Origin: Paecilomyces variotii
Lineage: Eukaryota
DNA length: 64,000 bases
Assembly (NCBI GenBank): GCA_004022145.1
Contig: RCNU01000017.1
Direction: 5' to 3' (one strand)
Shown piece after piece: positions 42,630 to 55,087 of the stretch. Position 1 is the first letter of the stretch. Each line of letters opens with the position of its first letter. Position numbers and translations under genes: made by a program. Under the pieces are notes generated by a model. It did not search any database. It was not told the origin of the DNA and was given only the letters and a program-made list of their open reading frames with translations.

Positions 42630-43492
42630 GATGTTAATGCAATCTATGAATACGGTGCTGTTCCTCGAAATAGAGGATATGCAGATGCAATGATGAGAGA
42701 TCTTGTAGCAAGATATGCAGATGCTATGTAGTGAATGCAGTTATGCGTAGTGAAATTGAATGGATTGATGGCAGAGAGATAATTCTCTCCTCGAAGACAC
42801 AGAACCAACAGCTCTAATATACATCCTAGAGGTCTCCAATACTATTCCCAGTACGTTAGGTGAGCTTCGATGTCTATAGTTACCATGTTAACTGGATACT
42901 GCTTCCTGCTGTGTGATGTCCCGAATAGGCATAACATGAGATTAAGTTACAGGTACCATGGAGTAGTTCCTTAGGCACCTCTATTCGCTGCGAAAAGGCG
43001 GTGGGTTGGTCGCGAGGTCGCGAGGCGGCGTCTCGCGAGGTGGCGAGGTTTTTGTTACCAGTAGATTACTAGTAAATTACTATTTTATATTAAATTTATA
43101 CTAATATATATTAATAGGGAATAAAATCTAAAATTTTTAAATCTGGCGGGGTAGTAAATACAGGTAAATCTTATCTCGCAGGGCGGTAAGATTGTAATCA
43201 CTGTATTTTATACTAAATATTACTAGATTTACTAGTAAGGTTTAATTACAAATAAAACAGCTTAGTCATAAAATACAATTATACCGCCCCGCGAGACTAG
43301 GTAAATAACTGTTAGATCTGTATTGAAATTAAGCAAATATAGGCTATTATTACTACTAAATAAATCTAGATTTATTAATAATATTTAATATTTTTTAATA
43401 AATATTAATTTTATAAATTATTAATATATTTTAAATATATTAGTATATATTAGTAATTATTTAATATATTAATATTTTATTAATAATATTTA

Positions 43493-43726
43493 TGTTAAGG
43501 TATAGGCTCAGGAAGCGGGTCAGAATAAATAAAATAAGGTAGTTAATACTAGGACTAGCTATAAGATCTCTATTTAGCTAATTTAGACTAGAATAAGCTA
43601 TTATAGGCAGGCTTAGTAAATAAGATATAGCTTAAGAAATTTAAATTTAAATTAAGCTATATGCTAAAAATATTTTTATAAGATTATATAATTTTTTATA
43701 TAATTCCTTATACTAGCACTATAATA
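43493..43726 (-). repeat. 3' LTR of element C
   Basis: Starts TGTTAAGG on +; homologous in inverted orientation to 15-226; followed by ATACTCCCTTTCTT (PPT on the minus strand). Confidence 0.8.
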
Positions 43727-46664
43727 ATACTCCCTTTCTTAAAGTTAAGCTCTATTAAGACTATCTTTAAGCTTTAGCTTATTTAAATAGCAATAATAAA
43801 AATTTATAATAATCTTCTAAATATATTACAGATAATATATAGGCTTTTTAATTAAATTATTATAATCTAATTATTTAATAGTATATTATAATTAAGAGCC
43901 TCTATACTTATAATATTCTTATTAAGAGTCTAAAATATTTTTAATAACTTATTTTTTAAGACTATTAACTTTAATAGGTAATAATAAAGATTATCTCTAT
44001 CTAGGCATAAGGTCTTTAATAATAGGATAAAATAGGCTAATATTAAATATAGGATAAATATATATTAAGGCAGGCAGATTAAGCTAATAAATATATAGGC
44101 TAATAATTTTAGTAATATAAAATAAGCTAAGATTTTTTTAATTAAATTTTTTTTAAGGGCGCTAAATATAAATATTCTAAATATTTAATTAAATAGACTA
44201 TTCTATATAATAATAGCAGGCTAAAGTTTAATAATAATTAATCTATTTTTTATAATAGGCTTAGGCAATATAAATCTAAGTATAGATATAATTTATAATA
44301 TCTTATATCTTTTTAATAAAGGCTTTAATATTTTTAATAGCAGGCTAGTTTATAAGCTAAATAAGCTTAAATCCTATATATAGATAAAACCTATAATTAA
44401 TAAAAAAAGGTAATATTTTAATAGTCTTAAAATAATAAGAGTTTAATATAAACTTAATTAGAGATAGCTAATTAACTTAATTATCTTATAAATAATTAAT
44501 ATAGATATATAAATATTATTTTAAAATAATATTTATTCTTTTAATTTAATTATTAGTCTTAAGATAATAAGTAATAAATAATAGATTTATAATATCTAAA
44601 TATTAGATTAAGTATTTCTAAAAAGCAGTAATAAATTAAGGGTCTTAGTTAAATATTATAATTTTTAATAGCCTATAAAGCTTCTATATATAATAGATAT
44701 ATAATTATATTATTTTTTTAATATTATAAATAATCTAGTAGAGAATAAAATATCTTATCTTTATAAATTAGTTTATAATAACTAGTATAATATTATAATT
44801 TTAGTAAGATATAAGTTTAATAATAAAATCTATTAAGATATTTTATTAAAAGTATTTAAAAATAAAAATCTAGCGCAAGATTTTTTAGCAGCCTTTATTT
44901 AAGGGTATAATATAATAGTAAATATAATAATTCTAGATCTAATAATTTATATATTAATATATATTTAGCTAATAATATTTTTATAAGATTAGGTTATAAA
45001 GCTTATATTTTTTAAAATATCTAGATATATACTTATTATAATATTCTTATAATAGATAAGCTTTTAGCTTATTATAATTAAGAATATATAAATAGTTTTT
45101 ATAATATAAATATCTTTCTTTTTATTAGTAATTAACTAATATAATCTTAGGGTAATAATTAGCTTTATAATCTAAGGCTTATAAAATAAACTATATTAAG
45201 TTATTAAATAGATAAGCTATATCTAGCAAATCTTTAATATTAAGTAAGTATTTTAATTTATTAAGCGTAATAGGGGAATTTAACTAATTTTATTTAATAG
45301 GCTAAGCTACTTTTTTAATAGGCTAAATAATCTCTTTAATAGACTAGATTATCTCCTTAATAGATTAAATAATCTTAATAAACTAGTTAGGCAGTAGGGT
45401 AAATTAAATAGATTCTCTAGGCTAAATAGATTAATTTCTTAGAGTAAATTAAATAAATATTCCTATAAATTCAGCAAGATTTTTAATCTCTTAAATTATT
45501 AAATTAGTAAAATAAATATACCTTATTATTTAATTCCTAGTAATAGCTTTTAATTTTAGAGATCTCTAAATCTATAAATTAAAGTTCTCTTTCTTTAAGA
45601 CTATTTAGCTCTAATACTATAGCTATTTATCCCCCTCTTTAAAGAGATTTTCTAACCTCCTAGTTAAGGCATTAAGCTTTACTCCTTACTTTTTAAGTTA
45701 GTATATAATTTAAAAATTAAACTAAGATAAAAACTTAGATTAATAAGCCTATTACTAGTTTAGCAGCTTAATTAATATAAAATATTTTAGATTATAATAA
45801 TTTATAATAACTTTAATTAGCAATAATATATCTTTAAGCTTAGGGCGCTATTTCTTAAAGCAGTAAATAATTATTAATAGCTTTTTATTATAAATCTTAT
45901 AATTATACTTTATAATAAAGAGCTTTTAAAAAAAATATAATAAAATATAGGATTTCTTTATTATTATATTAAAATATAACTTTAGCTAATATATAGTTAA
46001 ATAAGTTAATTTTAACTATAACCTTATAGGTTTAATTAAATAGCTTTAAGATTAGGGCTTAAATAAATACTTCTTTTAGGGCTTTAAAACTAGACTAATA
46101 GATAATTATTTAATTAAAGAGAATTCTCTTTTAAGTTAAGTTTATAAATAATATAATTATCTTAGAAAAGTTATAAATAAACTAATAATAAAAATTACTA
46201 AACCTAATAAAGGCTTATATATTAATTATATAAATTAGGGTCCTTTATTTAATAATTATTTTTACCTTATCTAAGTTTATTTTAATATAGTCTTAGCTAA
46301 TAATAATGCTTAAAAACTTAGTCTTAGAGATAATAAACTTATACTTTTAGATTTTTATATATAGGCCTACTTTATATAGCTTTTATAAGATAATATAAAT
46401 ATATTAAATATATTTAGAATAGGTTATATTATATATTAAGATATTATTAAGATATATAATATAAAAGATATTAAGATAATCTTATAAGATATTATTAATA
46501 AACTATTAGAATATTACTAATACTTTTATTAAGCTAAATAATATTATTAATAATTTAAATAGATTAAGTTAAATATAGAAGGTAATTAGATATTTTTATT
46601 CCTTCTTAATATAAAGGTTATTAAATATAGAAATAATATTAATCTTTATAAAATACTTTATTCC

Positions 46665-46812
46665 TGTAACTAGGCGAAGCCGTAGAGATATAAGAGGTAA
46701 GAAGGTTAATTCCTCTAAACTAGGGATGCTAGTGCTAAATAGCTGCTAGGGCGGTTTAATACTGCCACTTCTAAGTGGGCGGTATACTTACAGCAGTGCT
46801 ATATCTATAATA
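46665..46812 (-). repeat. 3' LTR of element B (148 bp)
   Basis: TGTAACTAGGCGAAGC...; direct repeat of 62531-62678. Confidence 0.93.
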
Positions 46813-47741
46813 GGATGCCCCCCCTTCTTTAAATAAAGACAGTATCTGCGCTAGTAGTAATGCTGTTAAGTATAAATATTAAAATAATTAAATAACTAAA
46901 TATATCTGTCCTATTCCTCTAAGCTAAAAGTATTATCCCTGGATATACCTATAGTATTATCTTAAGTAGTACTAACTAGCTAGTAGATTATATTCTTGCC
47001 CTAATTATCCTTAAACACTGTTTATTTTTATTTAATCTAATTATACTTCTATTTCTAATACTTATAGTTAAATATAATCTTTTGCACTTAGAGTATATAG
47101 ATATAGTCTTAGTATAATTATTAAGCTAGCTTAAGTAAGCTGCTATAGGAGCAATAGGCTAGTAAAAAGATAATATTATTATACTTAATAAGTTGGCAAT
47201 TCTTATCTATTAAGTAGTATAGCTAGTTTTTCTGCTATTAAGTAAATCTTAGAGGTATTATAGTGCGCAGTAGTATTAATAGTCTTTATTAATATAACTA
47301 TTTACCCTTATTAAAATACCTTTCCTTAGCTTTATTAATAAGGATCCCTACCGCTATTATAAGTAATTCTTAAGGCTTTATTAAAATAGAGTATCTGGGC
47401 GCTAGTTTATAGACCTAAATTATAGATATAAAAATAAAATATAGCTATAGCTGTAGGAATGCCTAGTATTACCTTAACTAAATAGTATTACTATAGCAGT
47501 CCCTTAAGATACTAGGGATAATTAGGTCTCCTTACTTCTCTAATATAGGATTGCTGTATATCTCTTTATCTATTATCTCCTCTAATTATAGTTCTAGTAT
47601 AGCTATAATTAAGTTAATTACTTTATTATTAGCAATATAGTTATTATTATAGATATTATTAACTATTTTATTATTAGAGGGGTAATTATTATTAAAGATA
47701 TTTAAAGATAAAGGTAAAGCCGATACCTCTATAGCTGCCTT

Positions 47742-47814
47742 ACTTATTTCTCTATTATTACTTATTTCTTTATTGTTATTTATTTCTCTATTATTATTTA
47801 TTTCTTTATTGCTA
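47742..47814 (+). repeat. Four-unit 18-bp tandem repeat in the 3' region of B
   Basis: CTTATTTCTCTATTATTA-like units; the period is a multiple of 3. Confidence 0.8.
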
Positions 47815-48020
47815 GAGATATTAACCTCTTTAAAGATATTAATAGGTGAAGCTAATAACTTAGTAACTGCATTACTTATTTTATTATTAGCATAATAAAT
47901 GTTATTATAGCTACTATTAGTACTAATACTAAGTTCTCCTATTATTATAATATAGCAACATTCTTCTTTAAAGATATATTAATAATATACTTTAATTTGC
48001 TAACAGAATTCTAAAATATT

Positions 48021-48392
48021 TGTAAAGAGCTAGGGTAAGAAAGCTCTTTATCGGAGGTAACTAGTCGGACTAGTTAAACAGAATATAAGATAAGAGGTAG
48101 AGATGCAGGCGAGTAGCTGTCTACGCATAGTAGAGTTAAAGATTAAGTTTAGTAGTAATTAGAATAAATTGCTGATCTGTCTAACTTCTATTCTTTTAGG
48201 GGTTATTTATCTGTCTATCTATTCTACTAGATTATCTAGATAATCTAATCTTTAATAGCTCTATCTATAACTAGCTGATTTAACTATTATATATAGATCT
48301 AGTTGTCTTATTATCCTTTGTTGTCTATCCTAGGTTATCTATCCTAGGTCTTAGCAGGTCCGGATTAAGTATTATAGCCCTAGTTTATAACA
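48021..48392 (-). repeat. 3' LTR of A-right
   Basis: TGTAAAGAGC...TTATAACA on +; direct repeat of 55088-55459. Confidence 0.96.
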
Positions 48393-48802
48393 ATATCCCC
48401 CCCCGTTAAAAGGCTTATCCTGAGCTGTGTAAAGTTTATTATATAGGTCTGAATATTTGGGCGTAGCTATAGTGACAATAGTGAGTTGCCGTCGAGGCGT
48501 GCTCGTCATATGAATTTATCTAATATTGGCTTTGTTTTAATATTTTCACCTGGGAGATCAGGAGTATTTCTGTTCTTTGCCAACTAACTCCTGTCCTCCT
48601 GCTTATATATTAAGCTATCCTTTTCCTATTTCTGCAGCTCGTTTAGTGCTGCTTTCAATAATTTAAATATAGAAATAGCTGACAGTTATACAGGTATATT
48701 AAAAATAAGATTTTTAAGTTGTTTTCTTTGTGGGTCCTGCGCATGCGCTTAATATAAGTTATAACCCTTTAGATTTATATAACAGTGCTAATTAATATAG
48801 CA

Positions 48803-50032
48803 ATGCCTCCCAAGCGCTCTAAGCGCATTTTATTTGTTCTGGGCTATCCCAATAAAGCCCCTATAGCTAGCCCTAAGCTATTACAGCCGCTAACTGAAGA
48901 TTATCTATTTAATTACTAGCTTAACGCGGACAATAAACAGCTTAATAAGCTATCTCCCCCTCTCGCGTCTCCAACTGCCGATATAATATTAGAACTAATA
49001 ACTCCTTCTTTACAGATTACTTTGTTTACTGCTGTTAACAGTAGTAGTAAAGTGTCTCCACCAAGGTTATCCGTAGAGGACCCCCTAGTAGAGGAGTACC
49101 TCCCACCTGAGATATATAGGGATCGGTTTATATCCAGTAATATGGTTCCTCCTATGTGTGAGGAGGTATAGGCTAGTCCATTACATCCTCTTTAAAGGTT
49201 AAAATATAATTATAGTAATACCGCTCTTACTATACCTATAATAAAAGAAACTCCTACTCAGCTAGCTAAAAAACTATAAAAGAGGTTAAAAGCAAAGAAG
49301 GTCCCTAGCATAGAGACCCAGAGAACCTAAAACGCTATTATAACTTCTATTCCTAGAGTTAAGGCTGCTGTTAAAATACCTCCTTCTCAGATTAATCCAG
49401 CTCTTACTAAGATAGTAATATTAACTACTATTACTAATACTAATACAATAATAGGTTATCCTACTACCTTTAAGGCAGACCCTATTATAAATCCTTCTAG
49501 CCTAGAAGGTTTAACTAAAGACTTTCCTCCTATCCTGTAGGAGATATATCTTTGCTATTTAAAGGCCCTAGTGCAGGATCTAAAGCAACAGTATATCTAT
49601 CCTTATATTAACACAAAATATCTCTATTATAAGGGCCTTCGCAAGCTGTACATTCCTATACTGCTGGCGTATAAGGCCAAGTTAACTTATATTCAGAGTC
49701 TTAGCCAAGAGGCTTACCTCTCAGGTAATTTAGAGTCTTTTAATAAGGCTGTAAATATATACATTTTCTCTGTAGAAGTATATATGCGGAAATCCACATT
49801 TAAGACTGCTAGACGCCAGGTTAATGCTGCTGCTGTCCCACTAACCCTATTATACTTTAAATTAGAGTTGTTATATCTCCTTTAAGAGTTATATTAAACG
49901 ATCTGTTTATTAAACCGCAACGTCTTGCATATAGCGAATATGCTTGCCTAGTTATAGGGACTGCCTCTATTCTCCAATGAGGAGGAGGAAGACATTATTA
50001 AGGGGTTTCACGGTGGTGAAGTAGCTGAGTAG
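48803..50032 (+). pseudogene. Antisense accessory ORF of element A (~410 codons; basic N-terminus, putative Zn2Cys6-like cluster), RIP-inactivated
   Basis: ATG CCT CCC AAG CGC TCT AAG CGC; a single frame with no frameshift that includes the tracked ORF 49571-49885; about ten internal stops, all TAA/TAG and so RIP-revertible; acidic EEEED near the end. Confidence 0.72.
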
Positions 50033-50225
50033 GATAATTTTATGGGCCTGTATTTAGATTATTGGCCGGGGCTAGCCCGGTCGAATTAAATTATTCTTAT
50101 CAGAATTCCTTTCTTCTATATCCTCTTTAAAACTCTTAAACCTTGTGGGAAAATTGGAGAAAGAGTAATACATATAGCAATATATTTAATAATAATTAAA
50201 AAACCCAGTAGGAGAAAAAGTACTA

Positions 50226-53200
50226 TTACCTATCTATCTTACTTCGCTTTCTAGTTCTTAACTCTCCTTTGCCTTGCCTTCGCTTAGGTGGCTTGCCCAT
50301 ATTAAGAGCCTTGCTGGGGTTCTTACTGCGATACTCCTTTAAAGCTTCAGTCGCATATATAAGATCTTCTAATATCTACCATAAGTTTTTATATAAAGGA
50401 TATCCTTTCTATTTTATTAGGAACTATTTCTTCCTACAAAAGGTCTGTTTACTGAGAATTTCTTCTACCTCCTATTTTTATTCTCTATTAATAAGAACTG
50501 GATCTAGCTATTTAGGTTCTGTCCCTTCTTATTAATTATAGGGTTTTAGCAGAGATATATAGAATACTAGATATATCCTGCCTAGGCTCTTTGGCAGTTG
50601 TAATTAGTATACTTACTTTCTGATTATCTCTATTATTTTGTAGGGTCCAGAAAATCAGTAGTCTAACTTCTTATTTAATTAATTAGTTTGTAGATTTTTT
50701 ATCAACAGAAGAACTTAATCCCCTATCTTATATAACTTAGGTATATATTTCTTATTATAGTATTTTGCTTGCACCTTAATAGCGCATTACAAATATTTCT
50801 CTAACTTTACCCTAATATCTAATAATTCTTTAAGTTATTCCTTAATAGCGGGAATATTCAACCTTATTCTTGTGTTATATTTGTCCTAGCTATTAGGATT
50901 AAAGCTGTAAAGGGCTTTGAATGGCGAGCATCTAATAGTGGAATGCTTCATATTATTATAGGTATACTCTGCTGCACCCAGTAACGATACCCAGTTGTCT
51001 TAACAATGATTTATATATACTCTTAGGTAATACTCCAAGGTCTGATTCTGGCACTCTATCTGCCTATCTATCTATAGATAAAAAGCAGTGCTTATTAATC
51101 GGGTAATTTATATACACCGATAAAGCTCAGTCTAGTATTTACTAGTAAATACCAATCCCTGATTAGAAACAATTAATGTCGGGGGATTAAACCAGTAATA
51201 TACCCTTTCTATAATTAGGTCAGCCAGGTCTTCTGCTGTAATTATTTCTTGGATTAAGATATATAAAGCTATCTTAGAGTATCGGTCTATAACTACTAGG
51301 ATTATATTATATTTAACTCCCTATCAAGTCGATAGTGGCAGGCCAATAATGAAGTCTATTAATATACTCTGCCAGGGTCTTTCTGCTATAGGCAGTAAGC
51401 TCAACTACCTATATAGCTTATGTCTAAGAACTCTATTCCTTTTACAGATATTACAGGTCTTTATATATTCTTATATATTATTCCGCATACCCGGCTAATA
51501 AAACTTTTACTTAAGCAGTTCTTCTATAGTTCTAACTCCTTAGTAACTAGTATATAGATTATTATAATAAATTCACAGCAATTCTTGCTTCAACAAATGT
51601 TTATTTAAGATATAAATCTAATCCCGTCTCTATAGCAGACCCTTACTATCTATAGTCCATTTAGAGCTTCTAGATTAATTAGTCTCCAAATCACTAATCT
51701 TCTTTAATATAAAGGCGTCTCTTTACTAAAGCTGCTTAAGCAACTCCAGAAGATTAGGCTTTAGAAAATCTTAGATTATCTCTCTATTAATAATCTTTAA
51801 CACTAATAATCTCAGTAGCAAGTATTTGCAACCACCTATATTATCTTCTTTATTTAAAATATACAGTTTTAGTTTCTTCTATAGGATAAATAGCAGTCTA
51901 ATCTCCTGCTCCTCTTCTAAGGGTTTATAGTCTAGTCTTTAAGATAATATATCAGCTGCATTTAAACAACCCGGCTTATATTTAATATAAAAGTTATAGC
52001 CTGCCAGCAATTCTGTCTATCTTGCCTGCTTACTGTTTAAAGTCTTTATTATGAAGAAATAGCGCAGGTTTATATAGTTAGTCTATACCCGGGCAGGGTA
52101 TTTACTGCCATCTAAATAATATCTCCAGTACTTAAAAGCTTTAACTATTGCTAATAGTTCCTAGTTGTATATTTTATATTAACATTTAATTTCAGTAAAT
52201 TTCCTTAAGAAGTATGCAATTGGGTGCTACTGCCTTATCACCTTACTTATAAGCTACAGTAAAATAACAGCTAAAATAAATCTTAAGGCATCTATAGCTA
52301 CTGTAATCAGCTTCTTCAGATTATAATGCCGCAATACTAGCAGTTCAATAAACGCAGTTTTTAAATCTTCAAACACTTTTTATACTTTAGGTATCTATTC
52401 TAATAGGCCTGTCTTTTTACTATTCTTACTGCCCTTAAGCAAGTTTATTAATAGCATTATAATAGAGGAGTAATTATAGATAAATCTCCTGAAAAAACTT
52501 GTAAATCTTAGAAAGATTTAAATATTATAAAAGGTCTTTAGTATAGGCCAATTACAAATTGTTTTAATCCTAGAAGGATCTATCTTAATCCTATCGCGTC
52601 CCATAATAAATCTAAGGAAAGAAACTTCCTCCTTGTAAAATTCGCATTTACTCAGCTTCGCATATAAATTATGCTTATAAAGTCTTTCTAGCACTTCAGA
52701 GATATACTATTTATATTCTTTCTTATCCATTAAGAAGATTAAGATATTGTCTAGGTATATAATGCAGCAGATATCTAATAGGCCCCTTAGTACTATATTA
52801 ATATAGGCTTAAAACATAGCCGGAGTATTACATAGTCTAAATAGTATAATAAGATATTTAAAATGGCTGTATCTAGTTCTAAATGCTATCTTCTATTTAT
52901 CTCCCCTTTATATGCGGATTCTATAATAGGCTTCTTAAAGGTTAAGTTTTATAAAAAATCTTACACCTACTAATTAATCTAATATCTTATCTATTTATAG
53001 CAGTAAATAGCAATTCTTAATTATTTAGGCATTTAGTCCTTAATAATTAATACACAAGCGCAGTTCATTATCTTTCTTAGGGATGAAAATAATTAGTAAT
53101 CCGGCTAGGCTAGTTAAAGCCCAGATTTAACCTTATTATTATATGTCTTCTAGATATCTTCATAATATATCTAGTTCTCTAGTAAAATACAGGTATAGAG

Positions 53201-55064
53201 GCCTCTATAACAGCGACTCGCTATTAATTAGATTAATCGCATAGGTCCTAATATCTTCTAACAGGGGTAATATTTTAGCTCCCTCTTCTAAAAAAACATC
53301 TTAGAATTATATATAGTATAGGGGAAGTTAAATTTCTTCTATATCTATTTTAATATATTCCCCTTGTATATAATAGATCAGTTAATTCTGCGCTGTCTCT
53401 GTAAATACTTATAGGGTTTAAATCTTAACCTAGGGTAAAGCCTCCTGCCAGTATCTCTAAGTCAGGTATCTCTAATCTATAATGAGATTATTATAATATA
53501 ACCATAGTAATCCTAAGATTATATTCTAATTCTTCCTAACTATGTTAGGTTCCTATATAAAAATAATCTAAAAATTAATCTTATAATATTCTATCTTCCC
53601 CTCTAAGTCCTTTACCTCAATAATAATAAGGAAGTAGCCATAAATTGGCATTATTTAGTCTCCTATCTATAAGGCGTGACCTATTAGCTTTTATAAAAAC
53701 CCCTTATATCTATAGCATAGTAAAAAGTTACAGTTAATAAAATTAGCATATGCTTAAGAGTTAAGAAGCGCGTTTATTTTTATAGTGTAACCCTTAATTA
53801 ATATACCTATTAAAGTTATAAACTCCAGCTCCGCACCTTTAAGGCGCTGGAGTATATTAAGCCTAACGCCTTTATTTTTAAGAGATTCAGAGTCCTTCCC
53901 TATCTTATCAAGATATTATTTACTAATATATCTATTCTTCTTATAATTAAAGCATCGCCCTTCTTTTATTAACTGTTCTTACTCCTCTAAGGATCTAAAC
54001 CTCCTTATTTTATATTCTGAATAGGTCTTTATAGAGATTAACTAAGATAATTTATCCTTCTACTTATCCCGTGCATATAGGTAGAATCGGTCTTTTTCCC
54101 TTACATAAGGTTAGGATCGTTCCTTCTTCTTAAAGTCCTTTAATTAAGATTTAATAAAGTTTTTAGGACTCTGTTCAATAACTATAGCCTCAGAAGCTAG
54201 TTAGTCTAAATTAGTCAGAATATATACGCACTTAAATAACTAGTTCTATATATCTTCTCATAGTATAAAGAAGAAGGTTCGGCTCTAAATATTATCCTCT
54301 AGGGCTAATTTAGCTCTGCAAAGCTTAAATTTATTGCAAAATTCCTAAACGGTTTATCCTAGCTATTGTTTTAGCCCTTAAAATTATATAGCAGCTATCT
54401 AGGGTTAATATTATAGATCCTTAAGATAATCCAACAGCTATTATTAAAATTCCTACTATAAAGTTATAGCTAAAGCAGGAGGTCTATAACTTTAAGCTAT
54501 TCTATAGTCGTCCAAAAGCAACACAGCGGTGTAGTTTACCTTATTTGCTTTAGTTTAAAATGTCGATATGTTATAGATAAAATATTAGTCTATATAGCGG
54601 CACTAACAGTGGTAAATATCTAGATCCTTAGCTTAGTATTAATAAGGTTTAGGCAGTTTAGCAACAGACCCGGATTTAGGGGCTGTATTTATTTATTTCA
54701 TCAGCTCTATAACCGCAGCTATACTTATCCTTTCTAATAATCCCTGAGTTGTGTCTTATAGAGCTCCTATCGCTGCGCTATTGACTTAATACTGGGAACC
54801 CAGCAAGGTAATAAGTCTAGCACTAGCAGTATTTAATTCCTGCTAAATCCTAGGTTCTATAATACTTCCTAAATTTATTAGATTTCCTAGGCCTATAATA
54901 ATTATTAGTTTAGGCTGATTAAGACTAGTACTACTTACTAATCCTAATTGCTCAGGATTAGTAGTATTTGCTAATTCAGGTTAAGCGCTAGGCTCCGGGC
55001 TATATTTAGATTCTCTATGCTGATCTCCAGCACTACTTCCTGATATCTCTTCTCTTCCTAATAT
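50226..55064 (-). pseudogene. gag-pol of A-right (gag with CCHC, PR, RT, RNase H, IN, chromodomain), RIP-inactivated
   Basis: EGRCFN knuckle ~53910-53965; ALL(D)S.AYANF ~53740-53772; YLD(D) 52746-52757; DFIIGLP ~51337-51357; SGPYKII and chromodomain EVEEIL...KGYP ~50330-50650. Confidence 0.92.
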
Positions 55065-55087
55065 ACTGTTGGTTGAGCAATTTAAAC

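Noticed and set aside
15530-43050. Gene island as cargo of a Starship or other giant transposon
   Set aside because: No recognisable DUF3435 captain, the content is core housekeeping genes, and no matching direct repeats were found at the two edges.
43370-43492. Telomeric or centromeric repeat
   Set aside because: Degenerate AT low complexity without TTAGGG arrays; a centromere cannot be inferred from sequence alone.
50269-50535. 88-aa + strand ORF in element A
   Set aside because: Antisense shadow of the chromodomain, TTG start, separate from the 48803-50032 ORF.
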